From assembly GCA_016781115.1 (NCBI GenBank), contig JADDQX010000001.1, positions 1 through 42,036 of the forward strand: a stretch of 42,036 bases of DNA, written 5' to 3'. The notes beneath the pieces were generated by a model, which was not told the origin of the DNA, searched no databases, and saw only the letters and a program-made list of their open reading frames with translations. This DNA comes from Actinomycetota bacterium. GTDB lineage: Bacteria; Actinomycetota; CADDZG01; WHSQ01. Numbering within the stretch: the first letter of the stretch is position 1; every line of letters begins with the position of its first letter. Position numbers and translations under genes: made by a program. Positions 36,677 to 42,036 of the stretch are shown in pieces.

Positions 36677-37240
36677 CTACTTGAAGTTCTCGAAGAACCG
36701 GGACGGCGTTGGCCCCCTCTGGCCCTGGTACTTCGAACCGACCTTGCTCGACCCGTAAGGGTTCTCCGCCTCCGACGTCAGTTGGAAGAAGCTGATCTGG
36801 CCGATCTTCATGTCGGGATAGATCGTGATCGGGAGATTGGCGACGTTCGAGAGCTCGAGCGTGAGGTGGCCCTCGAAACCCGGGTCCACGTATCCAGCGG
36901 TCGAGTGGATCAGCAGACCCAGCCGTCCCAACGAGCTCTTTCCCTCGAGGCGTGCTACCAGGTCGTTCGGGAGCTTCACGTACTCCGCGGTCGAGCCCAA
37001 GACGAACTCGCCCGGATGCAGGATGAATGCTTCGTTCGGATCTACCTCGACGATCTCGGTCAGGTCCTCCATCGGCTTCTTCACGTCGATGTAGGGATGC
37101 CTCGCGTTGTGGAAGGTTCGGAAGTAACGATCGACGTGGAGGTCGACGCTCGAAGGCTGCACGTCATCCTCGTCGAAGGGGTCGATGCCGATGCGACCGT
37201 TCGCTATCGCTTTGCGGATGTCGCCGTCGGACAGGATCAC
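36677..37240 (-). CDS. dcd: dCTP deaminase (dUTPase superfamily)
   Basis: The ORF track starts at the GTG at 37243. The next GTG at 37240 gives [12 protein letters not shown], matching the usual Dcd N-terminus, with better GGAGG spacing (6 nt). The protein also has the [10 protein letters not shown] motif. Confidence 0.9.
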   Translation of the reverse strand: MILSDGDIRKAIANGRIGIDPFDEDDVQPSSVDLHVDRYFRTFHNARHPYIDVKKPMEDLTEIVEVDPNEAFILHPGEFVLGSTAEYVKLPNDLVARLEGKSSLGRLGLLIHSTAGYVDPGFEGHLTLELSNVANLPITIYPDMKIGQISFFQLTSEAENPYGSSKVGSKYQGQRGPTPSRFFENFK

Positions 37241-37320
37241 CACGAACCTCCAAGACGCTGGGCAGATGAGGAGTCTAAGACGGCGGCCGAGCGCTGCTCG
37301 GGTTTGGGTACCCTCTGCGC

Positions 37321-37764
37321 GTGAACGCCGAGAGATCGATCCAAGAGACGTACTGGCCGGACGGCATCTGCTTCGGGTGCGGCCCTTCGAACGACAACGG
37401 CTTGCATATCCGCAGCTTCGTCGAGGGAGACAGTGTGGTCGCGCAATGGACGCCTCAACCGCACCACCAGGCGTTCCCGGGGGTTCTGAACGGCGGCATC
37501 ATCGGCGTCCTGCTCGACTGTCATTCGAACGCCGCCGCCTGGTGGGCACTGAGCGACGGCGGCCGCCAGCTGGGTCCGACGGTGACCGCGGAGTACGGGA
37601 TCAAGCTCCTGCGCCCCACGCCCGTCGACAGGCCACTGAAGCTGATATCGCGCGCTGTGGAGGTGACCGGAAGGCGAGCGCTGGTGGAGGCTCGCATCGA
37701 GGCAGACGGGGCGGTCACCGCCACCTGCGCCGGGACCTTCGTCCGGCCGAAGCAGCAGTTTTGA
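37321..37764 (+). CDS. PaaI/hotdog-fold acyl-CoA thioesterase
   Basis: A 147-aa ORF with a GTG start, a CFGCGP zinc-ribbon-like N-terminus, and the hotdog core [13 protein letters not shown]. Confidence 0.8.
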   Translation: MNAERSIQETYWPDGICFGCGPSNDNGLHIRSFVEGDSVVAQWTPQPHHQAFPGVLNGGIIGVLLDCHSNAAAWWALSDGGRQLGPTVTAEYGIKLLRPTPVDRPLKLISRAVEVTGRRALVEARIEADGAVTATCAGTFVRPKQQF

Positions 37765-37806
37765 GCCACCTATAATCGCTGCCCGGACGGCCGCAGGGGC
37801 GTCGTC

Positions 37807-37877
37807 GCGGGTGTAGCTCAATGGTAGAGCTCTAGCTTCCCAAGCTAGTGACGAGGGTTCGATTCCCTTCACCCGCT
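37807..37877 (+). tRNA. tRNA-Gly (anticodon CCC)
   Basis: A 71-nt cloverleaf. Acceptor is GCGGGTG/CACCCGC, D stem GCTC/GAGC, anticodon stem CTAGC/GCTAG with loop TTCCCAA (CCC), T stem GAGGG/CCCTT with loop TTCGATT, and discriminator T. Confidence 0.92.
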
Positions 37878-37899
37878 CTAGGGGAGCGGGGCGCGTGCG
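37858..37899 (+). repeat. Direct repeat copy 1 (last 20 nt of tRNA-Gly plus about 22 nt of 3' flank)
   Basis: The sequence TTCGATTCCCTTCACCCGCTCTAGGGGAGCGG (32/32 identical to copy 2) is followed by GGCGCGTGCG. Confidence 0.9.
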
Positions 37900-37936
37900 A
37901 AGCACGCGAAGGGAAGAGAAGTGAAGTCGTGTTTGC

Positions 37937-37977
37937 TTCGATTCCCTTCACCCGCTCTAGGGGAGCGGCGCGTGCGC
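37937..37977 (+). repeat. Direct repeat copy 2 (orphan tRNA-Gly 3' end plus flank)
   Basis: An identical 32-mer is followed by CGCGTGCG, a 1-2 nt indel relative to copy 1. It is offset 79 bp from copy 1, and no tRNA 5' half precedes it. Confidence 0.9.
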
Positions 37978-38026
37978 GGCTCGCGACGGGCACGTCTTAA
38001 GGGCCCGGCCAAAGGGGGCGAACTGC

Positions 38027-38935
38027 GTGGCCGTCGATGTGGCAGAGCGGCGATTGCTCGACCGGTTCGGTGAGATCGTAGAGGCGTGGCCGGCGATGAC
38101 GGCGCGACTCGCCGCGCTGCTATCGATCCCCCTGCTCGGACTCGTCGACTATCTATCGGGACCGGAGGTCGCGTTCTCCGTGTTCTACCTGTTGCCGCTT
38201 TCGATCCTGGCGTGGGCGGGGGATCGGGACCGCGTCCTGATCTGGGTGGGCTCTGTGTTGTCGGCAACGACTTGGCTCGTCGCGGACGTCGCCTCGGGCG
38301 CCGAATACACACACGCATGGATCCCGATATGGAACACAGCAACACGACTGACCATTTTTCTCATCGTCGCCACCTTGCTGACGAACCTCCGAGATTCGGT
38401 CGCTCACGAGCGCGGATTGGCGCGGATCGATCCGCTCACCGGCGTCGGCAACAGCCGCTCCTTTATCGAAGCTGTGAACACCGAGATCATCAGGACTCGC
38501 AGACAAGGGCATCCGATCACGCTTGCCTATGTCGACATCGATGACTTCAAGAGCATCAACGACCGGATCGGACACAGTGGGGGTGACGAGGTTCTCCGCC
38601 GCGTAGCCACCGCCTTAGATGGGCACACCCGCGAAACGGACATGGTGGGCCGGATGGGAGGTGATGAGTTCGCGATCCTGCTGCCTGAGACCGATGCCTC
38701 CGCAGCCAACGCCGTGATCGGTGATCTCTGGAACCGGATGGCGGAGTCGCTAACCGACGTCGGATTCCGCGTCACCTTCAGCCTCGGCTCCGTTACCTTC
38801 GTGGAACCTCCGGCCGATGTAGACCAGATGATCAACGCCGCGGACGAGCTCATGTACCAAGCCAAGCAGGGCGGAAAGAACGCCGTGAATCAGAAGGTCT
38901 ATGGAGGAGCGTCGAGCTCAGCAGGAATGATCTGA
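38027..38935 (+). CDS. Diguanylate cyclase (N-terminal 4-TM sensor-like domain plus GGDEF domain)
   Basis: A 302-aa ORF with a GTG start after a GGGGG motif. It has an intact GGDEF active-site motif (RMGGDEFAIL), with DPLTGVGNSRSF upstream. Confidence 0.88.
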   Translation: MAVDVAERRLLDRFGEIVEAWPAMTARLAALLSIPLLGLVDYLSGPEVAFSVFYLLPLSILAWAGDRDRVLIWVGSVLSATTWLVADVASGAEYTHAWIPIWNTATRLTIFLIVATLLTNLRDSVAHERGLARIDPLTGVGNSRSFIEAVNTEIIRTRRQGHPITLAYVDIDDFKSINDRIGHSGGDEVLRRVATALDGHTRETDMVGRMGGDEFAILLPETDASAANAVIGDLWNRMAESLTDVGFRVTFSLGSVTFVEPPADVDQMINAADELMYQAKQGGKNAVNQKVYGGASSSAGMI

Positions 38936-39642
38936 TGTTCGAGAAGTCGGCCGCCTTCTACGACGCGCTTTATTCGTGGAAGGACTACGCCGGCGAGGCC
39001 GCGAAGATCTGCTCGGTCGTCCAGCAGCACTGCCCGGGAGCGAGGACGCTGCTCGACGTCGCCTGCGGGACCGGCAAACACCTCGAGCTGCTCCGCGAGC
39101 ACTACGAGGTCGAGGGTGTCGACCTAGATCCCGAGATGCTTCGGACGGCGGCGGAGCGCAACCCGGATGTCCCGCTGCACGAGGGCGACATGATCTCGCT
39201 CGACCTGGGCCGAACATTCGACGTGGTCACGTGCCTCTTCAGCAGCATCGCCTACGCCGAAACACCCGACCGCTTGCACCTGGCGACCCAACGGATGGCG
39301 ACGCAAGTCGCTGCGGGAGGAGTCCTGATAGTGGAGCCGTTCTTCGGGCCGAAGGAGTTTCGTCCCGGCCAACCATGGGCGTTGTTCGTCGACGAGCCAG
39401 ACCTCAAGATCGCGCGGATGGACGTCCCGGCCACCGAGGGTTGCGTCGGTGTCATCACGTTCCACTACCTGGTCGGGAGGGCAGAAGGGATCGAGCACTT
39501 CACCGAAAAGCACAGGCTGGGGTTGTTCACCGACCATCAGTACCGAGAGGCACTGACGACAGCCGGCCTGGAGCTGTTGCCGGAGGCAGACCTTATGGGG
39601 CGTGGCCTGTACATCGCGCGGAAGCCGGTTAGAGGCAGCTAG
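38935..39642 (+). CDS. Class I SAM-dependent methyltransferase (TylM1/DesVI-like architecture)
   Basis: A 235-aa ORF with SAM motif I LLDVACGTGKH and the post-I motif VEGVDLD. Its start overlaps the upstream stop (TGATG). Confidence 0.82.
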   Translation: MFEKSAAFYDALYSWKDYAGEAAKICSVVQQHCPGARTLLDVACGTGKHLELLREHYEVEGVDLDPEMLRTAAERNPDVPLHEGDMISLDLGRTFDVVTCLFSSIAYAETPDRLHLATQRMATQVAAGGVLIVEPFFGPKEFRPGQPWALFVDEPDLKIARMDVPATEGCVGVITFHYLVGRAEGIEHFTEKHRLGLFTDHQYREALTTAGLELLPEADLMGRGLYIARKPVRGS

Positions 39643-40217
39643 ATAGCCTCTCCCGCGGCCAGCAAGCGCGGCCCCGCCTCGCAGAGGTCGAACACGACGC
39701 ACTCGCTACAGCGCGGGATCTTCGGTTTGCACACGTTGCGCCCGTGGTTGATGAACGCCACGTGCAGGTCGTAGCGGATGTCTGCGGGAACCCGCGGCGC
39801 GAGCTCCGCGTGCGCCCGTTCCGCTGAGGCTCTTCCGTCGATCCAACCGAGGCGCCGCGCGATACGGTGGACGTGCGTGTCGATCGGGAACGCGGCGCGG
39901 CCCATCGAGAAGACGAGCACGCAAGCCGCGGTCTTCGGTCCCACCCCCGGCAGCTCGCACAGGTACTCCGCCACCTCCTGGTCGTTCAGCTCCTGCAGTC
40001 GATCCAGGCTGGGCTCGCCCTCCCGTCTTTCGATCTCCGCAAGGATGGACTTGATCCGACGCGCTTTCACCTCCGCGATCCCGCCGGGCCGGATCGCCTC
40101 CGCGACGTCATGGGTGGGGGCTGCGAGGACCTGTTTCCACGTCGGGAGCCTCTCCTTGAGCCGCGCGAAGGCCCTGTCCCGGTTGATGTCGGAGGTGTGT
40201 TGGGAGAGCACCGTCAA
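39639..40217 (-). CDS. nth: Endonuclease III family DNA glycosylase (HhH-GPD plus [4Fe-4S] cluster loop)
   Basis: HhH motif LCELPGVGPKTAACVL and cluster cysteines C-x6-C-x2-C-x5-C (CKPKIPRCSECVVFDLC). The track start is the TTG at 40217, but the in-frame upstream sequence up to 40328 encodes a homologous N-terminal segment (see findings). Confidence 0.85.
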   Translation of the reverse strand: MTVLSQHTSDINRDRAFARLKERLPTWKQVLAAPTHDVAEAIRPGGIAEVKARRIKSILAEIERREGEPSLDRLQELNDQEVAEYLCELPGVGPKTAACVLVFSMGRAAFPIDTHVHRIARRLGWIDGRASAERAHAELAPRVPADIRYDLHVAFINHGRNVCKPKIPRCSECVVFDLCEAGPRLLAAGEAI

Positions 40218-40324
40218 GATCAGCTCGTCGACGATCGGGAGCGCCGGCTTCGGCTCGAACGGCCCCTGGTCCTTGCGCAGCCGGCGCTGAACGGCGCGTA
40301 TGCGTCTGGTGGTGGGAGCCTCGG

Positions 40325-42036
40325 TCAGAGGCCGGGACCTTTCGCGATGGACGCGAACTTCGTGTACTGGTTCATGAACGCGAGTCTGACGGTTCCGGTG
40401 GGGCCGTTGCGATGCTTCGCAACGATGAGCTCGGCTTCACCCTTGTTCGGCGAGTCGGGGTTATAGACCTCGTCGCGATAGATGAACATCACCATGTCCG
40501 AGTCCTGTTCGATACTATTATGGGAAAATATTCCATTCGCCACGAAGTTGTGGTTTCCAGTGACCGTTGCGTCGTAGACCTCTTCCTCACCCAGATAATC
40601 CACGCCTACGACCGAATCCCAGAAAAGGTCCGACCCAGCTAGCGCTAGAAGTTCCGCATCGTTGTAGTACTCACCTAGTTTCTGAACGACGGTCCGGGTC
40701 GGTGCGGAATATCGATTGAAGCTAGGTTCGAAGCCAACGCCGACGGCTGCCGCAATCGATTTCAGAGACGCGGTCCCCGCGACCATGATGAATCTCTGCC
40801 ACACGTCTTCCGGAATGGTGTCGCGATTCGACCAGGTTCGGCGGGTGCTCATGTACTGAACGATCTCTGCCAACCCCGGCTTCTTAGGGCCGAAGGCCCC
40901 GATCTCATTCACGAACGATTCCATGGATGACCCCGACGTCACGAACGCCTGATGCATGTCCCGATACGAACCTTTGTGCGTGGTTCCCAGCCGCACCACG
41001 ATTCCGAAGCGCAACAGAAGATCGGCTACGTCTTCAACCAGTCTCCTGCTAGACGAGGCGTAGTAGATGGATGGCCCTCGCGACCCGCGGGCTGAAGGAC
41101 GGTGACCTATGAACCCATCCGTCGCCCAGAGGTGGCGCAGGAAGAGTGCGATCTGGCGCTTGGGCAGCCCGAAGACCTCTTTGGGGATGAACTTCTCGTG
41201 CGAGCGCTTGTCGTACAGGCCGAGCGAATCCATCCACGCGACGATCGGATTCCTGCGGCCGTGCGTGACCGGGTAAGGCGACGGCATGAACAGTTGGTAC
41301 GAGCGAGCCTGTGGCTCGAACTTGATCCGGACCGTCACTCCGAACGCCTTGGCCGCGTCTCCGACCGCCTGCAGGTTCTCCTGGCTCATCGACGCGTACC
41401 GGGTCGGCAGACGACGCAGGCAACTGCCGTCGCCGATCATGTGAGCGAGCAGGATCACATGCTCGTCCGGCCACTCCACCGTCTGTTCAGGTTCTGGAAG
41501 CATCCGAGGGATCGCCAGCCTCTCGCCGATCTCTAGCTCGTCCACCCGCTTCCAGCCATCGAAGGAGAGGAACGGATGATTCGCCGACGCCTTGATCTCG
41601 CGGCCCGAGCGGAGCTTGAGCTTGTAGATCTTCTTCACTCCGCTCGAGAAAACATGCGTCATGTTGCCGCGCTCGATCTTTAGGTCTTCGTTGACCGTCC
41701 AAACAGGAATGTCTCGCGCTCCGGAGCGGCAGAGATCACCCATCGTCACCCATTCACCCGTGTCGGCACGCGCAATGCGGGTGTCGGCGGTCAAGCATCC
41801 CGATTCACGGAGGTCACCTAGGAACGGGCGCTTGTCCGAGCGATATTCGACGCCTCGGTTGAGCTGCGACGCGCAGATCACGGGGATCGACAGTTCCTTC
41901 GCGAGGATCTTCAAGGACCGAGAGATCTCAGAGACCTCCTGCTGACGGTTCTCGGACTTCCGCGGCGACTGCATCAACTGCAGGTAGTCGATGATCACGA
42001 GGCCGAGCCCGTGCTTTGCCTTCAGGCGCCGGCACT
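40325..42036 (-). CDS. dnaB: Replicative DNA helicase DnaB, 5'-truncated by the window edge, interrupted by an intein
   Basis: The exteins read ...CRRLKAKHGLGLVIIDYLQLMQSPRKSENRQQEVSEISRSLKILAKELSIPVICASQLNRGVEYRSDKRPFLGDLRESG / SIEQDSDMVMFIYRDEVYNPDSPNKGEAELIVAKHRNGPTGTVRLAFMNQYTKF. The reading frame is open to position 42036. Confidence 0.93.
   Translation of the reverse strand, partial: CRRLKAKHGLGLVIIDYLQLMQSPRKSENRQQEVSEISRSLKILAKELSIPVICASQLNRGVEYRSDKRPFLGDLRESGCLTADTRIARADTGEWVTMGDLCRSGARDIPVWTVNEDLKIERGNMTHVFSSGVKKIYKLKLRSGREIKASANHPFLSFDGWKRVDELEIGERLAIPRMLPEPEQTVEWPDEHVILLAHMIGDGSCLRRLPTRYASMSQENLQAVGDAAKAFGVTVRIKFEPQARSYQLFMPSPYPVTHGRRNPIVAWMDSLGLYDKRSHEKFIPKEVFGLPKRQIALFLRHLWATDGFIGHRPSARGSRGPSIYYASSSRRLVEDVADLLLRFGIVVRLGTTHKGSYRDMHQAFVTSGSSMESFVNEIGAFGPKKPGLAEIVQYMSTRRTWSNRDTIPEDVWQRFIMVAGTASLKSIAAAVGVGFEPSFNRYSAPTRTVVQKLGEYYNDAELLALAGSDLFWDSVVGVDYLGEEEVYDATVTGNHNFVANGIFSHNSIEQDSDMVMFIYRDEVYNPDSPNKGEAELIVAKHRNGPTGTVRLAFMNQYTKFASIAKGPGL
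40517..41797 (-). mobile_element. DnaB intein (427 codons) with an embedded LAGLIDADG homing-endonuclease domain
   Basis: It begins CLTADTRI (Cys1) directly after RESG and ends FVANGIFSHN followed by Ser+1 (SIEQD). Block B is SANHPF. The LAGLIDADG-like motifs are LLAHMIGDGS and FLRHLWATDGF. The 3' part has markedly lower-GC codons than its surroundings. Confidence 0.9.

Noticed and set aside
37878-38026. A genomic island integrated at tRNA-Gly.
   Set aside because: The two direct repeats are only 79 bp apart and no integrase or cargo lies between or beside them. At most this is a scar, so it is reported as a repeat finding rather than as a mobile element.

Overview
This is a high-G+C, very tightly packed chromosomal core segment with actinobacterial hallmarks: bldC, an Mca-type LmbE amidase, a class II DAHP synthase, and many GTG/TTG starts with 1-4 nt gene overlaps. 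There is no CRISPR array, transposase or phage block. In order, the window holds divergent tRNA-Asp and tRNA-Phe, bldC, a conserved hypothetical gene, and valine/leucine dehydrogenase plus bkdABC on the plus strand. A long minus-strand run follows: FAH-family hydrolase, hmgA and hppD (tyrosine catabolism), an enoyl-CoA hydratase, an orphan GAF histidine kinase, and a purine block purF-purL-purQ-purS-(membrane)-purC-purB-(tetR)-crcB-purE-purD-purA-dodecin. After that come small membrane proteins, a Trx-domain YyaL-like protein, arfB, a GT4 glycosyltransferase, mca, ilvA, a DAHP synthase, an alpha/beta hydrolase, a membrane-anchored HdrD/CCG-type Fe-S oxidoreductase, dcd, a PaaI thioesterase, tRNA-Gly, a GGDEF cyclase, a SAM methyltransferase, nth, and the 3' part of dnaB. 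The most notable observations are these. (1) An ORF missing from the six-frame track at 33482-33718 (minus) encodes a SelW/Rdx-like protein whose CxxU redox motif uses an in-frame TGA, followed by a SECIS-like hairpin with a GGUC(U) loop. (2) dnaB carries a 427-codon intein with LAGLIDADG motifs at the RESG/SIEQD site, and the 3' part of the intein has visibly lower-GC codon usage. (3) The 3' end of tRNA-Gly plus its flank is duplicated 79 bp downstream. (4) Divergent gene pairs separated by only 20-26 bp have back-to-back TAnnnT boxes, which implies leaderless mRNAs. (5) Four convergent gene pairs share their stop codons in the tetranucleotide CTAG. (6) nth has a clearly conserved N-terminal extension with no ATG/GTG/TTG start. 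All functional calls come from reading the translated ORFs for family motifs. No database search was run.
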